DNA from: an uncultured Chthonomonas sp.
Lineage (GTDB): Bacteria; Armatimonadota; Fimbriimonadia; Fimbriimonadales; Fimbriimonadaceae
DNA length: 47,744 nucleotides
Direction: 5' to 3'
Assembly: GCA_964422285.1 (NCBI GenBank)
Contig: CAYRAX010000001.1
Location: 1 to 47,744 of the forward strand
Position 1 is the stretch's first letter. Every line of letters begins with the position of its first letter. The notes below the pieces were generated by a model. It worked only from the letters and a program-made list of their open reading frames with translations. It did not search any database and was not told the origin of the DNA. Positions 24,539 to 34,232 of this stretch are shown one piece after another. Made by a program: the position numbers and the translations under genes.

Positions 24539-26742
24539 CGCGCCTCGAAGCGGCGATTCAATCCATCGAAGAACTCCAAGGGCGAATGCAATCGGTGACG
24601 CCGCTTGCCGCCAAAGCGCCAGTTTTTGCCGACTTGTCGGTGTCGTTGCGTGCTGAGGTCGCCGAGTGTTTTCCATCCACTCTGTATTCGCACCAAGCGG
24701 CGAGCGTGGAAGCGTGGAGGCAGGGCAGAGACGTTGTAGTCACATCCGGCACTGGCTCCGGAAAGTCGCTGTGCTACATGCTCCCCATCGCGCAAACGAT
24801 GATGTCCGAACCTTCAGCAAGGGCGCTAGTGCTCTTTCCCACCAAGGCGCTGGCCCAAGACCAATTGGGCAAATTTGTTAGCTCGTTGGGTCATCTGGGC
24901 GTTCGAACGTCAACCTATGATGGCGACACTCCCGCTCGCCAGCGGGCACCCATCCGAAAGTCAGCCCACGTGGTCCTCACCAATCCCGACATGCTCCACG
25001 TTGGAATTTTGCCCGCCCATGAGCAATGGGGCCATTTTCTGCGCTCGCTGCGGGTGATTGTGGTGGACGAGTTGCATAGCTATCGTGGCGTGTTTGGTGC
25101 GCATGTTGCCCATGTTTTGCGCCGACTTTTGCGCCTATGCCGGTGGTATGGCAGCAGCCCGCAGGTAATCATGGCGAGCGCGACTTTGCGCCATCCAGAC
25201 GTGATTGCGCGGTCGTTTCTTGGTCGCGATGCACAAGCGATTACCGAGGACGGTGGCCCACAAGGTGAGAGGCGAATCTACTGGATTTCCACCGATGACG
25301 CGGACGGAATCGTCATTTCGCCGACCAAACTTGTCGCCCGCACCACCACAGAACTCGTGCGCGCGGGTGCGAAGGCGCTCATTTTTTGCCGTTCGCGAGT
25401 CTCCACCGAGATGGCAGTGCGGCAAATCCGCTCGCAACTCGCTCCAAACGAAGTGGACATGGTGGATAGCTACCGCGGTGGATACAGCGCAAAAGAGCGG
25501 CGCGAGATTGAGCAGCGGTTCCTGAGCGGATCGTTGTCGGCGCTGGTGGCGACCAATGCGATGGAGCTCGGCGTTGATGTGGGCGCGATCGACTCGGTGA
25601 TCCTCCATGGAATCCCCGGTCGCGTAGCCAGCTTTTGGCAACAAATCGGTCGCGCGGGTCGCGGTGGTCAGCCGAGCATTGCCCTCGCCATCGCCCACGA
25701 CGACCCACTGGAGCAATTTTATCTGCGTAATCCGAGCTACCTGACGAATGCGGTGGTCGAATCGAGCGCGGTCGCGGTGGATCAGCCGCACATCCGCCAA
25801 CCTCAGCTTCGTTGCGCGGCGTATGAGCGTCCGATTTCGAGCGATGAGCAACTTCGGTATTGGCCGAACGCGCTCGGCCAGCTCAAAGACATGGAACAGG
25901 CGGGCGAGATCCAGTTTTCGGCGGACCGCTGGTTCTATCCATCGCACGATTCCCCAGCCAAAAATGTCAATATTCGCGGTGCTTCGAGCGATACCGTGCA
26001 GCTAATCGTGAGCGGTGAGGAGTTGGGCTCGATGGAGTATTGGCGGGCGATCCAGCAGGCGCACGCGGGAGCAATTTACATGCACCGCGGGCAAACCTAC
26101 GTCGTGGAAAACTTGGACCTCAATGCCAGGCAAGCGAGCCTTCGACGAGCGGACACTAATACGTACACGATGCCGATCGTGCAGTCCATTGTCGAGCCAG
26201 AAATAACGGTGGAGAGCAGCGAGAACATCGCTTTGGTGGCGGCAAAAGTGACCACCGCGATGCTCGGCTATCGCACCATCGACCTCGAATCGCGAACCAT
26301 CATTGGCGAAACCGCTTTGGATATGCCGACCCAGGCGCTACAAACGATATCTTTGCAAGTCACCTGGCCGGTCAACATGAACGATGAAATGCTGGGCGAC
26401 ATCACGGCGATGCACGGGCTTCAGCACGTTTTGCACACGGTCGCACCAGCAATCGCTGGTTGCGATCGACAAGATTTTGGCAGTGCATGGTATGGCCTGT
26501 TTGCGCCCACCATGGAGTCGGCGGTGTTCCTTTTTGATGTCGTCGAGGGTGGCATTGGCCTATCGGAGTCGCTGTATGCCAAGCGTAATGAATTGCTACT
26601 GGCCGCCCAGCATTTGCTCGCCGGTTGCGGTTGCGACGACGGTTGTCCGCGGTGCCTGTTGAGCAGTTCGTGTGAAAGCGCGAACGAGAATTTGAGTCGC
26701 CGCCTGACGCTCGAAAGACTGAACTTGATGCTCGACGGGTAA
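24529..26742 (+). CDS. DEXH-box helicase with C-terminal four-Cys DUF1998-type domain (YprA/MrfA-like)
   Basis: GTGSGKS Walker A, VDELH motif II, QQIGRAGRGG motif VI, and C-terminal GCGCDDGCPRCLLSSSCESANENL. Overlaps the tatC stop by 10 nt. Confidence 0.8.
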   Translation: MELARLEAAIQSIEELQGRMQSVTPLAAKAPVFADLSVSLRAEVAECFPSTLYSHQAASVEAWRQGRDVVVTSGTGSGKSLCYMLPIAQTMMSEPSARALVLFPTKALAQDQLGKFVSSLGHLGVRTSTYDGDTPARQRAPIRKSAHVVLTNPDMLHVGILPAHEQWGHFLRSLRVIVVDELHSYRGVFGAHVAHVLRRLLRLCRWYGSSPQVIMASATLRHPDVIARSFLGRDAQAITEDGGPQGERRIYWISTDDADGIVISPTKLVARTTTELVRAGAKALIFCRSRVSTEMAVRQIRSQLAPNEVDMVDSYRGGYSAKERREIEQRFLSGSLSALVATNAMELGVDVGAIDSVILHGIPGRVASFWQQIGRAGRGGQPSIALAIAHDDPLEQFYLRNPSYLTNAVVESSAVAVDQPHIRQPQLRCAAYERPISSDEQLRYWPNALGQLKDMEQAGEIQFSADRWFYPSHDSPAKNVNIRGASSDTVQLIVSGEELGSMEYWRAIQQAHAGAIYMHRGQTYVVENLDLNARQASLRRADTNTYTMPIVQSIVEPEITVESSENIALVAAKVTTAMLGYRTIDLESRTIIGETALDMPTQALQTISLQVTWPVNMNDEMLGDITAMHGLQHVLHTVAPAIAGCDRQDFGSAWYGLFAPTMESAVFLFDVVEGGIGLSESLYAKRNELLLAAQHLLAGCGCDDGCPRCLLSSSCESANENLSRRLTLERLNLMLDG

Positions 26743-26756
26743 CCTTTACCGATCCC

Positions 26757-27785
26757 ATGATCATCGTAATGCAGGTTGACGCAACGCAGGAGCAAATCCA
26801 AGCGGTTGCCCAGGCGATTCGTGACCAAGGCGTCGAGCCTCTGGTCCTTCCCGGCGAAGACCGCGTTGCCATCGGCATCCCCGCCGCGCTACGGTCCGAC
26901 CAACGTGACCGCATCGAAACCCTGCTTAGCAGCATGGAGGGGATAAGCAAAGTCACCCAAACCAGCCGCCCGTACAAACTCGCCTCGCTTGAGTTTCATC
27001 GAAAGCGGTCGGTAGTGCAGGTTGGCAAAGTTGCGATTGGCGATGGCGCGTTTTGCGTGATGGGCGGTCCATGCAGCATCGAGTCCTACGAACAATTTTC
27101 GTCCGCTGCAAAAATCGTCAAGGATGCCGGCGCGACGATCATTCGGGGTGGAGCGTTCAAGCCTCGAACGTCGCCTTACTCATTCCAAGGCCTCGCGGAA
27201 GAAGGCTTGAAAATCCTGCAGCAAGTCGGCAAGGAAACCGGGCTAGTGACGATTACGGAAGTGATGAGCGGTGACATGGTGCCGCTGGTTAGCCAATATT
27301 CCGACATTTTGCAGATCGGCGCGCGTAGCATGCAGAACTTTCCGCTTCTGATCGAGGCGGGGCGCTCGCACAAGCCGGTCATGCTCAAACGCGGCCCCAG
27401 CGCAACGGTTGACGAATTCTTGCTCGCCGCCGAATATGTGCTTCACCAAGGCAACTACAACGTGATTTTGTGCGAGCGCGGAGTGATGCCCATCGACCGG
27501 GCCTACACGCGCAACACACTCGATTTATCCATCGTTCCGGTTTTGAAAGACCACTCGCACTTGCCGGTAATCGTCGATCCATCGCATGGAACTGGCGTGG
27601 CAAAGTACGTCGCTCCGATGGCGAAGGCCGCCTTGATCGCGGGCGCAGACGGCGTAATGGTGGAAATGCACCCGAACCCGAAAGAAGCGCTCAGCGATGG
27701 CTCGCAAGCCCTGACTTCGCCGCAATTCGTCGCGCTCATGGATGAACTAAGAAAGCTGGCTGCCTTCACCGGCGTGAAGATGTAG
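26757..27785 (+). CDS. 3-deoxy-7-phosphoheptulonate (DAHP) synthase, type I-beta with N-terminal regulatory domain
   Basis: GGAFKPRTSPYSFQGL, LQIGARSMQNF and VDPSHGTG motifs. An extra ~70-aa ferredoxin-like N-terminal domain is present. Confidence 0.85.
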   Translation: MIIVMQVDATQEQIQAVAQAIRDQGVEPLVLPGEDRVAIGIPAALRSDQRDRIETLLSSMEGISKVTQTSRPYKLASLEFHRKRSVVQVGKVAIGDGAFCVMGGPCSIESYEQFSSAAKIVKDAGATIIRGGAFKPRTSPYSFQGLAEEGLKILQQVGKETGLVTITEVMSGDMVPLVSQYSDILQIGARSMQNFPLLIEAGRSHKPVMLKRGPSATVDEFLLAAEYVLHQGNYNVILCERGVMPIDRAYTRNTLDLSIVPVLKDHSHLPVIVDPSHGTGVAKYVAPMAKAALIAGADGVMVEMHPNPKEALSDGSQALTSPQFVALMDELRKLAAFTGVKM

Positions 27786-27787
27786 CC

Positions 27788-28723
27788 ATGGTCTTGTCCG
27801 TCACGCTCAACCCCAGCATCGACCACACATTGTTCGTAAAGTCGCTTGTCACCGGGGATACCAACCGCATTGAGCTGTGCGAGACCGACGCAGGCGGCAA
27901 AGGCGTAAACCTTTCGCGAATTGTTGCCGAGATGGGCGGCCAAACCGCGGCTACCGGATTGTTGGGTGGCCCTTCTGGCGCGATGGTCTTGCACGTTTTG
28001 CAGGATCAAGGGGTTGCCGACCGATTCGTGCGCATTTGCGGCGAAACCAGAACCAATTTCAACATCGAATCGATGGCAGGCGGACCGCCGACCACCTTAA
28101 ACGCGCGGGGCCCCGAGATTTCGCCGGACGAACTGGACGCATTGCGCGCGCAAGTGGAGAAGGAATCCAAAGGTGCCGCGTGGGTCGCCATCGGGGGGTC
28201 GCTGCCGCCAGGAGTTCCAACGTCGATCTACCAGGAACTCGTGAGCTTGGCTCGGGAATCTGGAGCGAAAGTTTTGCTGGATGCGGATGGCGAGCCGATG
28301 CGCTTGGGATTGGAATCAAAGCCCGACATGGTCAAGCCGAATCAGAAGGAAGCGGAGCGCTTGGTGGGTAGGTCGCTAAATTCGACCGCCGAATTGGTTG
28401 ACGCGGCCGAGGAACTGCTACAACACCTCGCGCATGGTGGCATCGCGATCATTTCTCGCGGTAGCGACGGCGCGGTCATGGCGAGCGGCGGGCAACGATG
28501 GATCGGTCACGCACCAAAAGTTGAATCCAGAAGTACGGTGGGTAGCGGCGATTCGTTGCTCGGCGGTTTTCTGGCGAAATTGGTCGCTGGCGAGCCTCTG
28601 GATGAGTGTTTGCGCTGGGGGATTGCGGCGGGGGCCGCGACGGCTTGCACGAATGGTGCTGAAATTGGCCGGCGATCCGTAATCGAAACGCTGTACACCG
28701 AATCTCGGGTTGAGCAGGCCTAG
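27788..28723 (+). CDS. PfkB-family sugar kinase (1-phosphofructokinase/tagatose-6-P kinase-like)
   Basis: VTLNPSIDHT, AGGKGVNLSR and C-terminal VGSGDSLLGGF motifs. Confidence 0.8.
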   Translation: MVLSVTLNPSIDHTLFVKSLVTGDTNRIELCETDAGGKGVNLSRIVAEMGGQTAATGLLGGPSGAMVLHVLQDQGVADRFVRICGETRTNFNIESMAGGPPTTLNARGPEISPDELDALRAQVEKESKGAAWVAIGGSLPPGVPTSIYQELVSLARESGAKVLLDADGEPMRLGLESKPDMVKPNQKEAERLVGRSLNSTAELVDAAEELLQHLAHGGIAIISRGSDGAVMASGGQRWIGHAPKVESRSTVGSGDSLLGGFLAKLVAGEPLDECLRWGIAAGAATACTNGAEIGRRSVIETLYTESRVEQA

Positions 28724-28764
28724 CGCGCGACAAGAAGGCACCAAACGCTGTAGAATCGCAAGCG

Positions 28765-30753
28765 GTGCAACCAACACGCGAAGAATTTCTGCACATCGAG
28801 GGACCAGCAAAGGCGCTGTTCTACATTCTCATTTTGGGAAGTTGCGCCTACGCGATGTGGCGATTTGCCGAACGCGCCAAATTCTGGCGTCAAGGCAAAC
28901 CGATTGACTGGCGGCCCGACATTCCGGGCAACATCGTCCGATTTATCCTTGCCCAGCGCAAGGTGATGAACGCGCGGCCAAAGTCCGGCGCGCCGATGCA
29001 CCTGTTGATTTTCTATGGGTTCATTTCGCTGGTGGTGGCGACGACGCTACTCGCCATCAACACCTATTCACCTTGGAAATTTCACCAAGGAAACTACTAC
29101 CTCGGGTTTGAGGCGATTTTCGATTTCCTTGGGCTTTTCTTGGTGGTCGGCGTTGGTTGGGCGCTCGTCCGTCGCGCAGCGTTTCGACCCAAGGTCATCG
29201 TCACGGATTGGCGCGATTATTGGGCGCTGGGTTTGTTGTTATTCCTCGGCTTGACCGGCTATGTGCTCGAAGCTGCTCGAATCAGCGTTAACCCGAAGCC
29301 ATGGGATCATTGGTCATGGGTCGGTGCCTCGGTGTCGCGCATGCTGCCTTCCATCGAACCTACTGCATATGTTGGAATTTGGTGGTTCCACGCGATCTTG
29401 GTCGCGGCATTCATCTGTGGTTTGCCCCACATGCGCTTGAAGCACATCGTCATGGCGGTGGCCAGCGCGGCCGGAACGCCTGATCGACCGATGGGCAGAT
29501 TGCAGCCGATCGCGATGGAAGAGGTCGAACAGACCGGAAAAATTGGAGTCGAAACGGCGAGCGAATATTCGCGGTGGCACTTGCTTTCATTGGATGCGTG
29601 CATGGAATGCGGACGCTGCACCGAAGTTTGCCCCGCGAACGGAGTCGGAAAAACCTTGAATCCGCGAGCTGTCGTGCAAGGCGTTCACCAAGCGATAACC
29701 ATTGGCGCGGCGGTTGCCCCCACGGTTACCGAAGACGCGCTTTGGGCCTGCACCACGTGCAACGCGTGCGTCGAAGTTTGCCCGGTCAACATTCGCCACG
29801 TGGACCTGATCGTCGATGCTCGGCGCTACTTGGTCGCTGAAGGCAAGTTGAGCGGCGCGGCGGCGACGGTTTTGCGGCAAACCGGCTCGACCAGCAACGC
29901 TTGGGGTGCGCAACCCAACTCGCGCGAGGATTGGATGAAGGGAATGGAGGTTCCGCTCGCGCGTGAGAAGCAATCGTTCGATGTGCTGTTCTGGGTGGGG
30001 TGTGCGGGCGCGACCGACCCCGGCGCGATCAAAACGACGAAAGCGATCGCGGAGTTGCTCGCCAAAGCGGACGTTGATTTTGCCTGTTTGGGGCAAGAAG
30101 AAGCCTGCACGGGCGATCCAGCCAGGCGCATCGGCGACGAATTTTTGTTCCAAGAAATGGCGGGTCGAAACGTCGGAACGCTGGGCAAATACAAGTTCAA
30201 GCGCATCGTCACCGCTTGCCCGCACTGCCTGAACACATTCAAAAACGAGTACGGTCAATTCGAGGGCGAGTACGAGGTCGTACACCATTCCCAGTTGCTG
30301 GCCGAACTCGTTTCGCAAGGCAAATTGAAGGCCGCCAAGCCGCTAAAGGGCGAAGTGACTTATCACGATCCTTGCTACTTGGCGCGCGTCAACGACGAGA
30401 GCGATGCGCCGCGCGCGCTGCTTGGCGACAATACAAAGCTCAACGGCGGCGCCCCGCTCCTGATCCAAACGATTTCCGATCGACCCGGCGCAAGAAACAT
30501 CGCCGAACCCGAGCATTTCGGCCGAAAAACGCTTTGTTGCGGCGCGGGTGGCGGGCGAATGTGGATGGAGGAAGACCTCAACCAACGGCCTGGCGTTCGG
30601 CGCGCCGAAGAATTGCTCGCCACCGGTGCCAAAACGGTCGCCGTGGGGTGCCCATTCTGCCGCATCATGCTAGACGCAAGCATCAAGCAGGTTTCCGATG
30701 AGGCCGTCAACTTGGTCGATCTCGCCGAAATGTTGCGAGACGCAAACGCATGA
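28765..30753 (+). CDS. Membrane-anchored Fe-S oxidoreductase (polytopic N-domain + 2x[4Fe-4S] + two CCG domains, HdrD/GlpC-like)
   Basis: About five N-terminal TM helices. Ferredoxin motifs CMECGRCTEVCP and CTTCNACVEVCP, and CCG-type motifs CPHC, CCGAGGG and CPFC. Confidence 0.75.
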   Translation: MQPTREEFLHIEGPAKALFYILILGSCAYAMWRFAERAKFWRQGKPIDWRPDIPGNIVRFILAQRKVMNARPKSGAPMHLLIFYGFISLVVATTLLAINTYSPWKFHQGNYYLGFEAIFDFLGLFLVVGVGWALVRRAAFRPKVIVTDWRDYWALGLLLFLGLTGYVLEAARISVNPKPWDHWSWVGASVSRMLPSIEPTAYVGIWWFHAILVAAFICGLPHMRLKHIVMAVASAAGTPDRPMGRLQPIAMEEVEQTGKIGVETASEYSRWHLLSLDACMECGRCTEVCPANGVGKTLNPRAVVQGVHQAITIGAAVAPTVTEDALWACTTCNACVEVCPVNIRHVDLIVDARRYLVAEGKLSGAAATVLRQTGSTSNAWGAQPNSREDWMKGMEVPLAREKQSFDVLFWVGCAGATDPGAIKTTKAIAELLAKADVDFACLGQEEACTGDPARRIGDEFLFQEMAGRNVGTLGKYKFKRIVTACPHCLNTFKNEYGQFEGEYEVVHHSQLLAELVSQGKLKAAKPLKGEVTYHDPCYLARVNDESDAPRALLGDNTKLNGGAPLLIQTISDRPGARNIAEPEHFGRKTLCCGAGGGRMWMEEDLNQRPGVRRAEELLATGAKTVAVGCPFCRIMLDASIKQVSDEAVNLVDLAEMLRDANA

Positions 30754-31076
30754 TTTTGGGGATCGGAACCGATATAGTGTCGGTCAATCGTATCCGGCTG
30801 GCCATGGCGCGAGTAGGCCTGATTCAGCGCATCCTAACCGAATCCGAGTGGCGTGCCAACATGGAACCTGAGTTTGTCGCCGGGCGCTGGGCGGCAAAAG
30901 AGGCGATCAAGAAGTGTTGCCCGTGGATCAATTCTTGGCATCAAGTCAAAATTCTCCCGGATGGACCGCCATCGGCGACGGTGGAAGGTCTGCCCGAAAA
31001 CGAACAAGTGCTCATCAGCATTTCGCACGAGCATGAATTTGCAGTCGCCACGGCCATCCGCTGCAAAATTCAGTGA
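30750..31076 (+). CDS. acpS: Holo-[acyl-carrier-protein] synthase
   Basis: ILGIGTDIVSVNRI N-terminus and WAAKEAIKK. 108 aa. Confidence 0.85.
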   Translation: MILGIGTDIVSVNRIRLAMARVGLIQRILTESEWRANMEPEFVAGRWAAKEAIKKCCPWINSWHQVKILPDGPPSATVEGLPENEQVLISISHEHEFAVATAIRCKIQ

Positions 31077-31108
31077 GGAATTTGACCTCACCTGTCGTAT
31101 AATGTAAC

Positions 31109-32374
31109 GTGATGGGTGACGTTCGTCTACCTTTTGAGGAACGTGATGCGCGGCCGTTGCGGGTCATGTTTCTGGACCTGAATAGCTACTTTGCCAGCGT
31201 CCAGCAGGCGGAGAATCCGGAGTTGCGCGGCAAGCCGGTTGGCGTCTGCGCGGTAAAGACCGATTCCAGCTTCTTGATTGCGGCGAGCACTGAGGCCAAG
31301 GCCCGGGGTGTGAAGACCCTGATGCGCATTGGCGATGCGAAGCAAATGTGCCCCGACTTGATCCTCGTAAGCGGAGGCCATGGCATCTACACACGGTACC
31401 ACGATCAGATTCTGGAAGCGGTGGAATCGGTTTTGCCGGTGGACGCGGTCAAGAGCATCGACGAAATGCAGTTTCGGCTGATCGGCATCGAGCGCGACCC
31501 ACGCGAGGCCGAGCGACTGGCCATGCGCATGAAGCAAGCGATTTGGGACCAAGTATCGCCCGCACTCAACTGCAGCATCGGGATTGCGCCGAATTCCTTC
31601 TTGGCAAAACTCGCCACCGATTTACAAAAGCCAAATGGGCTCGTCATGATCCACGGTCACGAGTTGCCCGATCGCTTGGCGGGGCTGCAGCTCATGGAAT
31701 TTTGCGGCATCAACAAACGCATGCTGGCGCGAATGCAGGGCCACGGAATCTTTAGCGCGGCCGATCTGATTGCTCGCTCGAAACAGGAATTGGTGCAGGC
31801 CTTTGGCTCGGTTTGGGGCGAGCGCTGGTACTACATGCTGCGCGGGCACGAGGTGGAAGGCACTACTCGCCAACGCCAATCTTTGGGCCATTCTCACGTG
31901 TTGCCACCCGACTTGCGCAACGAGGAAGGCGTGAGGGAAGTCCTGCTGCGTCTATTGCAAAAAGCGAGTGCACGGTTGCGGGGCTCCCGGCTGTGGGCTA
32001 CGACGATGAACATTTCCATCAGCGGCAAGAAGACTTGGGACGTGCACATTCGGTTTCCAGCAACCCAGGATTCGGTGCGCTTGACCGCTGAAGCGCTCGC
32101 GCTATTTGAGCATCACACGTTCGCCGGACCGATGAAGGTGGCGGTGACGTTTAACGACTTGCTCGAAGCGGAAGGCGTTACGCTCTCACTCTTTGAACAA
32201 GAAGAAATGCCCCGCATCCAACTCAACCAAGCGGTGGACCGCGTCAACCAGCAATTCGGGAAAAACAGCATCTATCTGGCGGCGATGCACCGGGCCAAGG
32301 ACACCGCGGAAGAGCGCATCGCATTCCAAAAAACAAGTCTGTTCGACGAAGGCGCGAGAAAAAAGCGCAAGTAG
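31109..32374 (+). CDS. dinB: Y-family DNA polymerase IV
   Basis: FLDLNSYFASVQQ, the SIDEMQF catalytic motif and IGIAPNSFLAKLATDLQKPNG. Confidence 0.85.
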   Translation: MMGDVRLPFEERDARPLRVMFLDLNSYFASVQQAENPELRGKPVGVCAVKTDSSFLIAASTEAKARGVKTLMRIGDAKQMCPDLILVSGGHGIYTRYHDQILEAVESVLPVDAVKSIDEMQFRLIGIERDPREAERLAMRMKQAIWDQVSPALNCSIGIAPNSFLAKLATDLQKPNGLVMIHGHELPDRLAGLQLMEFCGINKRMLARMQGHGIFSAADLIARSKQELVQAFGSVWGERWYYMLRGHEVEGTTRQRQSLGHSHVLPPDLRNEEGVREVLLRLLQKASARLRGSRLWATTMNISISGKKTWDVHIRFPATQDSVRLTAEALALFEHHTFAGPMKVAVTFNDLLEAEGVTLSLFEQEEMPRIQLNQAVDRVNQQFGKNSIYLAAMHRAKDTAEERIAFQKTSLFDEGARKKRK

Positions 32375-32395
32375 GGTTGTGCTACCATTGCCAGC

Positions 32396-33103
32396 GTGTG
32401 GCGACCAGCGGCCATCCCCGGCACATTGCTCAATACGGCCACGGTTCTAGTGGGATCGTGCATTGGATTGTTGCTGTCCCACGTGCTCGGTCCCGAACTT
32501 CAGGCGGCGGCGCTAACGGGAATCGGGCTGGTCCTTATCCCGCTTGGCGCAAAGATGTTCTTCGGAGTGCGAAATGTGCTCGTCGTCGCTGGCGCGATCG
32601 CATTGGGTGGAGTGATCGGCGTCTTGTGCCGCATTTCGCCGGCCATCGAATCGCTTTCGTCTTCGCTGCGGAATTTGGTTGGTGGGCCATCCAACTTTAA
32701 CGAAGGCTGGGTAACCGCCAGCGTGCTTTTTTGTGTGGGGCCGATGACCATTTTGGGCTGTGCGGAGGATGCGCTGGAAGGCAAATCCGATCTGCTTCGA
32801 CTGAAATCATTGCTCGATGGGATCGCGTCGGTTTTTTTGTCGGCGACGCTGGGGATCGGTGTGCTCTTCAGTGCACTCACCGTGTTGCTGGTCCAGGGCC
32901 TGATAACACAATTGGGTGGGTTGATGCGACCTCTTGCCGAAAACGAGGACCTGATGGCCGAGTTGACGGCGATTGGCGGGATCTTCATGCTCGCGATCGG
33001 CCTCAATCTGGCCAAGATCAAATCTGTTCCAACGGCGGATTATTTGCCCGCATTGGTGCTGGGTCCCGTCTTTGCGAGCCTGTCGAATCGAAAGCGTGCT
33101 TGA
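32396..33103 (+). CDS. DUF554-family integral membrane protein
   Basis: GTLLNTATVLVGSCIGLLL N-terminus and a polytopic 235-aa layout typical of DUF554. Confidence 0.65.
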   Translation: MWRPAAIPGTLLNTATVLVGSCIGLLLSHVLGPELQAAALTGIGLVLIPLGAKMFFGVRNVLVVAGAIALGGVIGVLCRISPAIESLSSSLRNLVGGPSNFNEGWVTASVLFCVGPMTILGCAEDALEGKSDLLRLKSLLDGIASVFLSATLGIGVLFSALTVLLVQGLITQLGGLMRPLAENEDLMAELTAIGGIFMLAIGLNLAKIKSVPTADYLPALVLGPVFASLSNRKRA

Positions 33104-33133
33104 GCCGTTCGGATATACTGAACGTTCAAATCC

Positions 33134-34030
33134 ATGTCACAGCCCTTGCCAGACTGGCTCAAAATCCGCATTCCACGCCCCGACACGATCGTCGAAGTGC
33201 AGCAGATGATGCGCGACAAAAACCTGCATACGGTTTGCGAAAGTGCGCGATGTCCCAATCTGCCCGAATGCTGGAGCAAAAAAACCGCCACATTCATGAT
33301 CCTCGGCGATACTTGCACCAGGAGCTGCGGGTTCTGCGCAATAAAGGTTGGCCGCGGGTTGGAAGTCGATGCTTTTGAACCGGTAAACGTCGCGATGACC
33401 GCCAAGAAAATGGCGATGAAGCACGTGGTGGTTACAAGCGTTGCGCGCGACGACCTGGCCGATCAAGGCGCGGGCCAATTTGCTAAGACCATCGACCAGC
33501 TTCACCGGCACAATCCGCACATCATCGTCGAAGTGCTCACGCCGGACTTTAAGGGCCGCGAAGATTGCATGCGCACCGTTTGCGATGCGCATCCGGAAAT
33601 TTTCAATCACAACATCGAAACCATCGAGCGGCTGCACACCATCGTACGGCCCCAGGCCAAATACGCGCGAACGATGCGAGTTTTGGAAATGGTGAAGGAA
33701 ATCGACCCCACGATTTACACCAAATCTGGCCTCATGTTGGGCTTGGGCGAGACCAAGGATGAGGTCATTCGCACCCTGGAAGACCTTCGAAAAATCGGCA
33801 TTGATGCGGTCACGATCGGCCAATATTTGCGGCCGACCATGAAGCATCTTCCCGTGGTTCGGTACGTCCACCCTGACGAGTTTAAGGAGTACGAGCAGAT
33901 CGGTCAGCAGATGGGCTTTACCTTCGTCGCGTCGGGGCCGTTTATCCGATCTAGCTACAATGCAATTGCCTTCAGCGAGAAGGTGATGGCCGAGCGCTTG
34001 GCCCGCGTTACCGCCTCGTTGGCGTGCTAA
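33134..34030 (+). CDS. lipA: Lipoyl synthase
   Basis: CESARCPNLPECW auxiliary cluster and radical-SAM CTRSCGFCA motifs, plus a C-terminal RSSY. Confidence 0.95.
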   Translation: MSQPLPDWLKIRIPRPDTIVEVQQMMRDKNLHTVCESARCPNLPECWSKKTATFMILGDTCTRSCGFCAIKVGRGLEVDAFEPVNVAMTAKKMAMKHVVVTSVARDDLADQGAGQFAKTIDQLHRHNPHIIVEVLTPDFKGREDCMRTVCDAHPEIFNHNIETIERLHTIVRPQAKYARTMRVLEMVKEIDPTIYTKSGLMLGLGETKDEVIRTLEDLRKIGIDAVTIGQYLRPTMKHLPVVRYVHPDEFKEYEQIGQQMGFTFVASGPFIRSSYNAIAFSEKVMAERLARVTASLAC

Positions 34031-34149
34031 AATTGCGATTCCTTGACCGGGAGATTCGCGATTTGTGACACTTTTCAAAACTATTTTTTGCAAAATCTTG
34101 TAGCCTCTTAAGAACTACCAGAAAATGTGTGAAATCCAGTAACTTTACG

Positions 34150-34178
34150 TTGTCATTTGCGATTTCTTTGCGTACAAT
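34150..34178 (+). promoter_or_regulatory. Sigma70-like promoter for the 34233 gene
   Basis: TTGTCA, an exact 17-nt spacer, then TACAAT. A 5'UTR hairpin GCCGCA-ccgt-TGCGGC lies downstream. Confidence 0.45.
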
Positions 34179-34232
34179 GGAAAACGGATTCTTGCCGCAC
34201 CGTTGCGGCTAGTTTGTTGAAAGGAAACGAAA

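Noticed and set aside
24529-26742. DUF1998-type helicase as the core of a DISARM-like defence locus
   Set aside because: No DrmB (DUF1998 partner), PLD nuclease, SNF2 or methyltransferase genes are adjacent. The neighbours are tatC and biosynthetic genes, so a MrfA-like repair helicase is the conservative call.
33137-34093. 318-aa ORF antisense to lipA
   Set aside because: It lies entirely opposite a gene with unmistakable LipA motifs. Its translation is Arg/Ala/Gly-rich with no motifs, the typical shadow ORF of GC-rich DNA.
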